A stretch of DNA of 64,000 nt from Chrysomallon squamiferum (GCA_012295275.1 CM022671.1:23622001-23686000), one strand, 5' to 3'. Shown: positions 28,541 to 41,200, numbered from the stretch's first letter. Notes: a model not told the origin generated them from the letters alone. Program-made: numbers and translations.

Positions 28541-30308
28541 ATGTTACTTCTCACCATCTTCATAGCCGCCTCCATATGTAAGTATCACAAAAATGCTTAA
28601 TTAATTTTTTTATGTAAAACTATTAATAATGTGAATATAACTGTTATATACATAAGAACCTAGGTAAGAAGAAGATTTGAATTTGGCGATATAAAATTCA
28701 GTTTATGAAATAATTTTAGGTAGTTTGCTTAAAATCATTTATGAATCTTTGCAAAATATTGATTCGAAGAATAACAGGAAGCCAGAATTGCCTCTGTTAT
28801 TTCAATTTTTCTGTAAGAGTAATTTTAGAGTAGCTGCTTTTTGACTCTTAGAAATATCATTATTTGAAGCGCCGTGTATTTTCTATAAATTCTGTATGCC
28901 TTATAAATTTTCTAATCGATGTCTTTTAAAATGGTACTAAAAGCATTTTCTAATATCGTTATACAAAACGCCTGTATGCTTTTAAATGTAAGCGTACATT
29001 TAACACTTTATAAATTATTATTATTATTTTTTTTTTATTTCTTTATTAATATAACGAAATAAAAGAAATAATAATAATAATAATAACCTAAGAATTACAA
29101 TTTATTTTCACAGCTTTAAGTCATGGCGCTAAATTTCCTGAATTCAACTGCACGGGCTCACCGGACGGGCTCGCTTGGTGGGGTTGTCGTTCTTACGGCT
29201 TCTGCGTGAACGGACAACACGAACAGACAGATTGTGTGAACGGAACTGCTTATGATCAGAATCGCGGAGATTGTGTTGAGTAAGCCTTTCTTTTATAAAC
29301 GTATAATGATACAAAATGAATGAACTGCGTTTCTGAGTTTTAAGCATTGTTTGTGATGAAAAGTAAATCGTTTTGCTGTATTTTTCAGTACATTGTTAAA
29401 ATTCTAATGATCCGATTTACTTGATTTCCCATCTCACGTAAACGTCAGTCTTCACCACCACCAGCACAATCACAAAATTAAAAAAAATAATAATAATAAT
29501 ACACACCTCATATCCTATCGAAACAGGGTAATAATAATGTTATTAATCTTAGACAAATACATTTAGATGCATTCATGCCATCCGTACACAAAGGTAAGAA
29601 TAACATCTATAAACAGCGCCAGAAGATACACAAACAACCAACCTCTGTAGTTATATTTTTGGATATTTTCTGTTTTATGATGTTGTATATGTTTACTAAC
29701 AGGGCAGCACAAGCAGCCTTCCCGTGCAACTTGGAAGACGTCGACTGCTCCCAATACGACGACACCATTCATCGTCTTCCAGAAATGCAGACAGACGGAA
29801 ATGGGCCTCCTTGTCAGTACTACTACACATGCGTATATGGATTTTACGCGGGTCACCAGTCATGTCCAGACAGTGAGTTTTCTGCTTTTGATTTAAAAAA
29901 AAAAAAAAAAAAAAAGATTACATGAAAAGAAAAATTTATGGACATATTTTATTCGAAACAGTTTATATATCTTTACAAAATGCTCAGTTAAACATTCTGT
30001 TATTCCATAAAGCGTTCAAATGTTTATGGACTTTATCTTATGCAAATAAGACGAAATTCGGTTAAAAATAGTTTATTGACTTCAGACATATTATATATTT
30101 CTTTTAATTAAAAGAAACAACAACTACAACAACAACTACTACTGTTATCACCCCGGACACCTCTACTGCTTCTAGCAATAATACTGTTACAATGGTTATT
30201 ATTATTACTACTACTGCTACTATTAATTTTACCATTTTTTGTTTGTTTGTTGTTGTTTTTTTTTTGTTTGTTTTTTTTTTTTTTTTTTTTTTTTTGTTGT
30301 TGTTGTTG

Positions 30309-30387
<79 letters not shown>

Positions 30388-30478
30388 AGGAACAGTATAT
30401 AATGAAGATTCGCAAAGTTGCAGATTTCCTGAAGAAACTCCAGAACCATGTGGAACATTCGTACCAGAAACGTACTAA
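28541..30478 (+). CDS. Small secreted chitin-binding protein with two CBM14-like domains, 153 aa, paralogue of 24280-26811; exons 28541-28577, 29114-29279, 29703-29872, 30390-30478
   Basis: Spliced translation: MLLLTIFIAASISLSHGAKFPEFNCTGSPDGLAWWGCRSYGFCVNGQHEQTDCVNGTAYDQNRGDCVEAAQAAFPCNLEDVDCSQYDDTIHRLPEMQTDGNGPPCQYYYTCVYGFYAGHQSCPDRTVYNEDSQSCRFPEETPEPCGTFVPETY*. 12 Cys in two 6-Cys sets; GT-AG introns, phases 1,2,1; 462 nt. Confidence 0.85.
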
Positions 30479-31111
30479 AAGACTCTATTAACAACTAAAA
30501 ATAATATTACATACAGCCTGCATGGCAGCCATCTTACTTACTTATCTGCGTCTTACATTTTGTTTCTTCTTTTATTTAAATCGACTTCTGAACAATCTTT
30601 CTTTTGTTTATATGTTTATAATCTTTGCTTCTGTTTTATGTGAATCTAACATAGCTGAAACATCCTATCTGTACATTGCATTTACTTGTTTTTTTATTTT
30701 AATAAATTATATATAATAATTATACATATAGCTGAGTCTTCGTTGTTTTGGGATAATTTAGGGGATTTTTCTTAATTTTCTTTTTTTCTTGTTCAGATAT
30801 TGCGAAATTTGATTTTTCAGACAAATGTAATAGGAATATAAGCACACAGTCGAGAAAGACATAGCAAGATACACTTCACACACTGTTCAGAATTTTGTTT
30901 TTTTACTCTGTCGTCTTTACTTTATTTATACGAATATTTAAAGAAAAAAAAACAAAAAAAAAAACAACAACAAACAACAAACACACAAAAAAACATTCAG
31001 AACTTATTCATATCATCAGTCTGTTATAAACACTAGTATTTAGTTTAAATCAGTTTCTGTATAAATAAAAGTAAGTCATTGTCGATAAAAGCTTATATTC
31101 GCAGTGATTAC

Positions 31112-31615
31112 AAAGATCGTCACTGTCTCTGGAGATCATACAAGATCTATGAAATCAGTTTGTGTAAAGATCAGTCACTGTCTCTGGAGATCATACAAGA
31201 TCTATGAAATCAGTTTGTGTAAAGATCAGTCACTGTCTCTGGAGGTCATACACGACCTATGAAATAAGTTTGTGTAAAGATCAGTCACTGTCTCTGGAGA
31301 TCATACAAGATATATGAAATCAGTTTGTGTAAAGATCAGTCACTGTCTCTGAAGATCATACAAGATCTATGAAATCAGTTTGTGTAAAGATCAGTCACTG
31401 TCTCTGAAGATCATACAAGATCTATGAAATCAGTTTGTGTAAAGATCAGTCACTGTCTCTGAAGATCATACAAGATCTATGAAATCAGTTTGTGTAAAGA
31501 TCAGTCACTGTCTCTGGAGATCATACACGACCTATGAAATAAGTTTGTGTAAAGATCAGTCACTGTCTCTGGAGATCATACAAGATCTTTGAAATCAGTT
31601 TGTGTAAAGATCAGC
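31112..31615. repeat. Minisatellite, 55-bp unit x 9 plus a partial copy: AAAGATCAGTCACTGTCTCTGGAGATCATACAAGATCTATGAAATCAGTTTGTGT
   Basis: Units start at 31112, 31166, 31221, 31276, 31331, 31386, 31441, 31496, 31551, with a partial at 31606. Head-to-tail, few substitutions, no unique spacers. Confidence 0.97.
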
Positions 31616-32611
31616 CATTGACCGGTAAACGTGTATTAATAACAAACACCTAATCTCCTTCCTTTGTCGAATTCTTATAAAAGATTTATATAAGGTCTGT
31701 AATTAAGAAGATTCAATTTAAAAATTAAACTGTAGCGTGCTTGTTGTTTTTGTTTTTTTGACTTGTTTCTTATTCGTTCACTCGTGACACGAGCCAGTGA
31801 TCCGAAAAAAGACTTTGTATTTTTTTTTTCAGCTGACATTTTGCAATGTAAACAATAAACGAAGCGTTAAACTGAGTACCGTTAGGTCTTTTACCAAGAT
31901 CGATATCAACAATTTGATTCCACTGCTTATTGCCAATCAATTTTTGTCGCATGTTACAGAATAAACAGCCGCTTTAGCAAAGTTGGTGGTGGCCTGGATC
32001 TCTGCTAGAGTAACGGACCGATACTGGACAGAGTAAACAATCGAACTCTTTGTAGATCATGTATTTTATTCTCTGTTGTGATATTGATAACGGATATATG
32101 ACTGTAAATATTTCCTAGGCGCGGCTGCTTGTAACGGAACGGATTTCTGTACTGGGCGTTTATGCAGGATTAAGGTAAGTGCTTTGTTTAAGAAGATATT
32201 TTGTTTTATGGTTTGTTTTGTGTTACTTTAAGGCAAGAAGAAAGATATTAACGATGCCTAGTAAGGGATTAAACGAAAGAAACTTGCAACGATTTCTAAA
32301 CTGTAAATTTAAGATAGCCAAAATATTAGTGTCTTACAGTGTATAAAATGAAATTAGAGTTTTAAAAAGATAATATAATTCAAATGACTTGACTGATAGA
32401 ACGTCATAAAATCTGTAATAATAACTAATGAAATAATTAACTAAAGCACACAAAAAAGACAAATAAGCCGGCAATCTTTGATAAAATACTATAAAAATTA
32501 TCAAACAAAAACGAAACCCTTGAAAGTGGATTTTCAGATGAGTAAATATTTTAATGAACTTTCAAAATATGTAATACCAAATTTTAATTATCTATTAATA
32601 TAAAACGAAGG

Positions 32612-32649
<38 letters not shown>

Positions 32650-34268
32650 CTTTGGAAAATATTATAAAACTTTAAAAAACATTTTTTTTACAAAGAATTA
32701 GATGATGAATATATGAAAGACTGATTATCAACAAATTAAAATAAGGAAGGAAAAAAAAAGAACAAAATAGGCGAAGTAAAAAGAAATGAAAACAAAACAA
32801 AACAAAACAAAACAAAACAAATAAATAAATAAATAAAAAATATTAAAAACAAAACTAAATAAAAATATTAAAAAAAAAAACCCAAAAAACAAAAAATAAA
32901 TAAAAAACAGGAACAAAAACAAAACAAAAAAACAACAGCAACATGTGATTCATCGTTCTGTTATTCACTCAGCTTTTTGACATTTCTTATTTGAACAAAC
33001 CAGTGTAAATATTTTAACAAATTCAAAAGAAAAGAACACATTATAAATCTTACACAAACACAACTCCTAATTAACTGCGGACAAGAACAGATATCGAGAT
33101 ACGATGCAAAGACTTGCCAGTCTTAATATCCATTGCTTAACCACATATATGCCATATCAGCTGATTATAAATGACTTTTAATATCTCTAACGTCATGTTC
33201 TAAACGACTTATTTATCAAATGCCCGGGTACGTTCTGTGCTGAATACGGGAAGGTGTTTATAATAGATTCCTTTATGCTAAATAAACACTTGGCAAAGTG
33301 GCAGCGGATTTTCTCTGTTTCTTTATGCACTTCGGTCGATAACTGCATGCACGACTTCATGCAGTCGTCGATTTAAAAAAAACGTGTCGTGAACATAATA
33401 ACGAAATAAACTCAACACGAAATTACCATTATTAACAAACCTGGGTGAAAGCGCTTTGCTTGACCTATTAATTCCTGATAATTAATTAAGCGTGTATTAC
33501 GCTGCATGTGTCTGTGTACGCTACATGATCCTATGCACTGTTTTTCCATTATCTCAACAACATCGAAGTGGATTACAACCGGAGATCAAGTCGGTGTTCT
33601 TTGAAGCATTGTTCGAAAAAACGCGATCGGTCCATGGAGATAGCTTGTTGGGCGTTTTGTTAACACAAGGAAGGAATCGAAAAGGGAAATTTAATGCCTC
33701 ACCTAGGCGTTATAATGAATGGAAGATCAAAGGTTGACATGTTGTTTGTGGCTGGAAGTTTATGAAGAAATTGTGCTGAAGGAGTGGGGATTAAGATAGC
33801 AATAAAGTAAATGAAGCCTTATTTAAAAAAAAATAAAAATAATAATAATAAAAAAAATTAAAATTAAAAAAAATATAAATAATAAAAGTTCAGATAAGTA
33901 CAAATAAAAGATACATACATACATACATACATACATACATACATGCATACATACGTACATATATCTTTCCTTTTGTTTTAACTGTTTTAAAGTTTTAAAA
34001 TACGTTGTACAGCACTTATAACTTTAAAACTGTGGTAGAGAGATTACAGCACTAGTCCAGTAATGTTGCTGACCTGGAAATGCTGGTCAGACTTGAGTAA
34101 ACACCGCCAGATTATATACGATTTTCTTTTTGTTTGTTCTAGTGGCACGCAAAGACTTTAAGTCTGTTCAACTCAATTACCTTTTTCTTCACAAGTGGTT
34201 GTGAGTCGCGACCACTTGTAAAACACCAGTGTTATAATTTATGCATAATGTATTTAGTTAATGACAGA

Positions 34269-34371
<103 letters not shown>

Positions 34372-34563
34372 TTAACGGTAAAAACTTAACTGTTTATTAT
34401 GAAACAAAGGCGTTTATTACATGTTTATGTTGTTCCCAGTTTTCAAATGAATATTATCGTAAAAATGTTTCAGAGTTTAAATATTTTTTAATCTTTAATT
34501 ATTTTTTTGCTATTAGTAAAATGCGTTAAAGTCAAATGGACCTTTTTAAACGTATTTTAAACG

Positions 34564-34658
<95 letters not shown>

Positions 34659-34731
34659 TCTTCACAGATAGACGCATTTAACATAGACTGACCGATTAAC
34701 ACACAAAATATAAAGAATCATGCATTATTGC

Positions 34732-34812
34732 ATATATTCTTATAACTGATATTACATAACAAACATATATATATATATATGTCTGTTATGTATATCAGTT
34801 ATAAGAATATAT
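34732..34812. repeat. Near-perfect 81-bp inverted repeat (hairpin) centred on an (AT)n tract
   Basis: 34732-34751 (ATATATTCTTATAACTGATA) is the exact reverse complement of 34793-34812. 34753-34761 pairs with 34784-34792. One bulge and one mismatch overall. Confidence 0.9.
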
Positions 34813-34825
34813 ACATTTATAACTG

Positions 34826-34859
<34 letters not shown>

Positions 34860-35728
34860 CATTCAGACTGTCGCCACAGACTAAATAAATCGACATTAAA
34901 GCGTAATGAGTTTCTAACTGCATTACGACCGTGTCGCGTCGTGTCATACACATTATTCACAGTCGTTTTCTAATTTGATTGCATCACAAAACTGCGCTCT
35001 CTCGCATTCGCGTTACGGGATCACAAGTCGACGTGCAGTCAACTCTGCTTTTTGTATACACCAGCTACTGTGACGTTATTAAATCCAGCAATTCATTTTT
35101 ACTTCTTTTCTTTTTTTCATTATTGTTTGTCCGCTCGACAAATAAAAATCGATCAAGATCGATGACTGAACAGCACGGCTATTGCCTTTCGTTGCAGAAA
35201 AAAATAAAAAAATAAAATAATAAGAAGAAAAAAGAAAGAAAGAAAGAAAGAAAAATGCGAGACCCCTTGAGACAAGTATGTGTATAATAAAACATGAGTT
35301 AATGTGAAAGGGATTTTTTAAAAGAAATATGTAAAGGTGACTGTCAAACACTTTTTAAATTATTTTTTTAATGCTGCATATCTGTTTGTGTATGTCTCTG
35401 TGGGACTGTGGTTGTATATTTTGTATGTGACTGAAACGAGTGTTTTAATTAATAACCCACCCTGTTAGGTCACACATATACACACAGACACATAGACACA
35501 CTGACTGTACTTACATACGTACGTACATACATACATACATACATACATACATACATACATACATACATACATACACCAAACACGTATACAAGGATAAAGG
35601 AAACTCTTATATGGTTACTTTAAAAAAAAAAATTATCAGCAGATAGGATATTTCATTTGCATTTTCTATTGGAATATACATTTTTTTATATATTATTTTT
35701 ACCGCACAAGTTGTATATTTGCAAGAGG

Positions 35729-35811
<83 letters not shown>

Positions 35812-36767
35812 CACAAACGTCCGTGAACTGATACACATCTTGTATATTGGTGTCTGTGTGTGAGTGGGTGGGTGTGTATCTGTTTTGTGACATGACGTCA
35901 TTCACGTCTTTCATTAACACCCAGCATGTCTGACGTCAAAATTCGTATAACGTTATTGGAGTTCACTTCTCTGGATTTGTCATCTCACACTGGTATTTTT
36001 CAAATATTCCCTAACTCATATGCTGGAAGAAAAAAAGGATACACAACAACAAAAACATCGAGAAAAAAGGTATATATAATTTACACAAAAAGATAAATCA
36101 AACACGTGGGTTACTAACATTTATCATCCTTTCTTGAAACATTTAATTTTTTTCTATTTATTTAATTTTTTAATCATTAATGGCTATTTCGAAATCTACT
36201 TACTGGTCTCTGAGCCAAAAGATAAATTGTTTTATTCCCATTCTACAGACCGGGTAAAAATTACAGCAGATATGAACGAACGTTTTGAATGGGGCTGGGT
36301 TCAAGAAAAACGTACAGTATTAAATGATAGACCGAAGACTACCGGGATATCAAATAATTACGGCCTAATCTTAGAACATTTCAGAAATACCAAAGCCAAA
36401 GGCGTACAAAAATGTACAAGGATTTCTGCAAATGAATCGAAATAATATCATCACAGAGACAAGAGCAGTAACTGAGATTATGGAAGGACATCCCAAAGAC
36501 CCAAACGAGTATGAAACGCAAGGAAACACCAGCAATAAGGCTTTTTGAAATGGCAGTTTAGAAACAAGCTGTGTGTCGGAATTCAGCATATGGATGATAC
36601 AGATAATACATTAATGATCTTTTTTTTCTCACTTTTTCACTCTTTAGACTCTATTGACAAGGATTACAACTTGATATCGAAAGTCATTAAGGCTTTTTTC
36701 GTTATCAAAAGTTTCATACGGATCTTTTTCATTATTTTTTCCTCTTATTTTTTTCGTCCTTTCTACT

Positions 36768-36859
<92 letters not shown>

Positions 36860-36993
36860 TTTTTTTTAATAATCTGATTACTTTCTTCTTCTTCTTTTTT
36901 TTCATTTTTTTTTTCAGTTAAAATAATGAAACTTCTGGTACTAATTCGTAGAACGCTATCCTTCAATGAAAACGTTTCAGACACACTCGGTTC

Positions 36994-37791
36994 ATGGCAC
37001 TGAGGAATGGCAGCAGACAGCGGCAGCGCCCTTACTCCGCGTGTGACAGTTATTCGCCCGAATTCAGCCCACGCATTGTTCGCTTCGTTGTAGACATTGC
37101 TGAAGAAAACATGCCTAATTACAAAAACTACTTTTCCATTCAGAGCTACCTTCGTTCTTTTCGAAAGAAGACGTTCCACTTGCCACGAATCAAACACTTT
37201 ATGCCGCGCACTCCTCAAGAAACGTCAACGCACCGCACCACATCGGAACACGATTTCAGAGGAAAGGCGGTTAAGCAGGAGAAAAACAGCAGCTTTTCCG
37301 ACAGCAACCTCAGCGACTTCTCTCTGTCGGGGTTAACTCTGCTGCCTCAGGTGAACGACAAACCGCAAAAGGAGTTTCTCCCCAAAAGCGACATTCCGCT
37401 GACGACCGCCAGGAAGTCGTCTGCCACTTCGATGAAATCGGACAGCAGCTGCGCGAGCGCAAACCCCGTCGTCACCAACGCCATTTCCGGATATCAGCTG
37501 CGCAAAGCCATGGCGAACGCGAACTCCATCCCCGCTGACAGGATAGGGTCCACGTCTAAACGAAAGCGCGCACCGGGCTCCAACAAGACCATGGCAGACA
37601 TTCTGAAAGCTGCTGGGTATTACCCCGAGAAACACTACAGCGATCGTTCTCTAGGCAGCGGCAACAGAAGTGTGGGATACTGGAACGGCAAGGCCGATCC
37701 CCTTCTGACCGTGCAAGGCTGGCAGAGCAAGCTGAACACTCGAGTCATAGACGAGATGAGTTACGAAACGTTCGCCAGAGCAGAAAAATAG
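36994..37791 (+). CDS. Uncharacterised basic Ser/Arg/Lys-rich protein, 265 aa, single coding exon; paralogue of 43649-44947
   Basis: 798-nt ORF with GC clearly above the flanks. In-frame stop at 36967 upstream of the ATG. Splice acceptors at 36917 and 36980. Conserved peptide blocks shared with the downstream ORF. Confidence 0.8.
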   Translation: MALRNGSRQRQRPYSACDSYSPEFSPRIVRFVVDIAEENMPNYKNYFSIQSYLRSFRKKTFHLPRIKHFMPRTPQETSTHRTTSEHDFRGKAVKQEKNSSFSDSNLSDFSLSGLTLLPQVNDKPQKEFLPKSDIPLTTARKSSATSMKSDSSCASANPVVTNAISGYQLRKAMANANSIPADRIGSTSKRKRAPGSNKTMADILKAAGYYPEKHYSDRSLGSGNRSVGYWNGKADPLLTVQGWQSKLNTRVIDEMSYETFARAEK

Positions 37792-37994
37792 GAGAATTAA
37801 GCTCGGCTTAGACTGGAATTATCATCACTCGCGTGAGTGATGTTGTCGTGAGTGAGATTCGCCAGTGTCACTTAATGAAAAGTGATGTCATGAAAGCAAT
37901 CGTCTAAATGAAAACTGATATATTTATTTTAGATTGCTTACGTGTTTATATATTTCCAGATTTGGGTTTCAGTGCGGTAATGATGTATTAGGTA

Positions 37995-38028
<34 letters not shown>

Positions 38029-38777
38029 ATGTGTGTGTGTGTGTGTGCGATACAGGCGTATGTTATAATTCGTGTTTCTCGAAGCTTGTAAATAAAATAT
38101 AAAATCGAGTGTGTCCGTTATTAGCAGCTAAGTTCTCGTAGTACTCTTACTCTTTTTTATTATTATTATTATTATTTTTGTTCGTGCTTGTGGTAAAACC
38201 TTAAATAATTCCAAAATTTTTGTTGTACTTTGCAAAAAAAAAAACGGAGAACGCTATAATATCTCGAAACAGCAAAGAAAGATTCTAATAAAGAAAATCA
38301 CAGACAGGATGGAAAACAGAAAGGTTTTCAAACAAGCAAACTGGTTCTTTATACCTAAGTTATGTCTTTATTTGGATTTAAATAATAATAAAAAAAAAAA
38401 TTAAAAAAAAAAATTAAATAAAATAAAATAAAAATAAAATTAACGAAATTACAAAAAATACCCCCCCAACATAACAAGAAAAAAAAAAAAAAAAAAAACC
38501 AACATTAAAAAGTAACACGTAGTTAAAATGATCTTTAAAAAGTTTTTGTGTAAAAAGAATTTCATGTATTTTATTTGTTTTTATTTCGTGCGTGCGTGTA
38601 TGTGAGTGTGTGCTTATGCCGATAATTTATATAGTGGTATTTATGTAACTATATAGATATAAATCTTATACACTGGCTTGTCTATTTGTGAGTTAACTTT
38701 TTATTTTATTTATATACTTTTGAAATTTGTATTAAAATTACATATATGTCTTAAATCTTCTAAGTTTTGTTATTTTA

Positions 38778-38820
<43 letters not shown>

Positions 38821-39120
38821 TACATGTATACACTAATATATCTCTGTGTGAAAAAATGCATTATTATTAGTATTATTATTGTTGTTGTTGTTGTAAATAA
38901 AAATAAAACATGATGAATATATAATAATAATAATAATAATAATAAAGTAAAAAAAAAAAAAAAATGAATATATATATATAACAAAAAAAAATAAAATAAA
39001 ATAAAATAAAATATAAAATAAAATAAAATAAAATAAAATAAAATAAAATACAATGAATATAAAAATTAAATAATAAACCAAAAATTATTTAAAAAGAAAA
39101 ATAAATAAATAAAATAAAAA

Positions 39121-39179
<59 letters not shown>

Positions 39180-39661
39180 AAATAAAATAAATAAAAATCC
39201 ACTCTGGTGTTTGATAATAATACTATGGGCGTCCACGTATTCTTCCCAGTACATTCATTAACTACGAATACGCCCAGAACCTCTACCCGTATCTTTTTTC
39301 AATGTCGGCGCGCCATGATTGATCGGGCATTGAGCACTAACACTCTGGCAGGTTATAGACGAAACTGTAAGAGAAATACAAACGCAGTCGTGCCAGTATA
39401 TAATGCAGTCGCTAGTTCATTAATTACTGGCATTGGCATTAGTACAAGACTGTTAAAAAAAACACCTCGAACAAGGCTCAAGCTTACAAAGGTCATATTA
39501 TTGATTCGTACACACACAAAAAAAGTTTGTGAAACGTGGTGTGTAACAGTGAAAAAATGAAAGAAAACCGTAATCAAAAGCATAGGAATACATACTGTAT
39601 ATAAGAAATGTGTATATATTTTTGAAAACATTTTATTTTTATTTTTTATTTCTTCTGACAG

Positions 39662-39799
39662 ACGTTTTGGATACGAGACATACTATGCTTAGAATGTTTT
39701 GGGGGGATTTTTATTGGTTTCAAATAGAATGGACTTTTTCAGTGTGCTCTTGTTAGCTCTTGAGAAGTCATTCTCGTATCAATGAGTATATTGTTGAAG
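39662..39799 (+). other. Candidate non-coding 5' UTR exon, possibly of the 43649 gene
   Basis: Bounded by a pyrimidine tract ending TTCTGACAG and a donor GAAG|GTAAGG. No convincing reading frame. Linkage to the gene is inferred. Confidence 0.3.
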
Positions 39800-40092
39800 G
39801 TAAGGTTATTACTAAACTGTTGTATTTTCGTGTTATTTAGTGTATATATTAACTCATGGATGGTTTATTAAGAAGGCCAAAATTCATTTGCTTCTAAGGT
39901 CAATGATAGGAATGTTTCGTTTTGTGTTTATGTATCTATGCGTGCGTGCATTTTTGTATGTGTTTGTTTGTGTTTCTGTATTTTGCGTGTATGTGTATGC
40001 GTTTGTGTCGTTAAAATTGTAATCAATTATATATTTATATATGAACATATAGCAGATATGTATGTATATATGTATGTGTATATATGTATGTG

Positions 40093-40139
<47 letters not shown>

Positions 40140-40211
40140 GTATATTTGTATGTATGTATGTATCTATCTTTGAATCTATGTATATATGTGTATAGGTATG
40201 TGTGTTTGTGC

Positions 40212-40254
<43 letters not shown>

Positions 40255-40788
40255 TATATATGTATGTTTATATACACATATAGAGGTGTATACCTATGTA
40301 TTTACGTGAATTTTAGGACAATACAATATTAAAATAGAAACTCACATGATTAAAGAATGATAAACAAGAATTATGTCAACTTTTCAGTTTTCGACAATAT
40401 AATAATTTTAGGAAAATATATAGCTTACGAACAAACAAACTCTTCAAACTGAAAAACCCCACATAAAAACCCATTCGTAACTGAAGATCAGTTCGAGTGA
40501 AAAGTTAAGTACGTCATGTCCGCTAAGCGTGCGTAATTTACAGACCAGTGTTTGGGTAAGAGATTTTATTACCCACTTTTGTCTCTGGTGGAGACCTCGG
40601 TTTGATAATTTGAACATAGTCAGTGAAAATAAATTACCAAATACTTCGGCAAAAGTAAACAGAGCCCCAATCGGGTAAGCGTTTGAAGCGAATCGATCGA
40701 ACTGATATCAGATAATTGTTTAAGCGACCAAAATATGAGAGAGTAATCTACAGACCTAATTTCCCGTTCCATCCAGTGTCACAGTGAA

Positions 40789-40860
<72 letters not shown>

Positions 40861-40904
40861 CGAAGAAATTAAAATTAATATATAGATACATGCGTATGGC
40901 AGTT

Positions 40905-41200
40905 GTACTGATGGCTGAATCGGTAGCGAAGTCCTCCTTCAGAGTGCGGGCGAATGGGTGCCATACGTTCGAGTCTCCTCAGCGGTATCTGACAGGTTTT
41001 GTGAGGTCGAGACAGGACTCTGTCCTCCTGCGCCAGTGCGTTCCGTACATAAGACAGAGAATATTCAAAATCCTAAAATACATAGGAACACATACACATA
41101 TATACATACAATATGTACATACGTACATACATACATACATACATACATACATACATACATACATACATACATACATACATACATACATACATTCATACAT
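40905..41200 (+). mobile_element. Probable tRNA-derived SINE with a (TACA)n tail
   Basis: Pol III A-box-like TGGCTGAATCGG (40912-40923) and B-box GTTCGAGTC (40967-40975), followed by a GC-rich body and a TACA microsatellite. No complete cloverleaf seen. Confidence 0.55.

Noticed and set aside
31112-31615. Possible CRISPR array
   Set aside because: Units are contiguous and near-identical along their whole length with no unique spacers. There are no cas genes and the context is eukaryotic.
40480-40510. Possible hammerhead ribozyme (CTGAAGA...GAAA)
   Set aside because: Stem II does not close directly onto GAAA, and stems I and III could not be built.
40905-40990. Possible tRNA gene
   Set aside because: A and B boxes are present but I could not fold acceptor and anticodon stems, and there is no adjacent poly-T terminator. 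Better explained as a SINE head.
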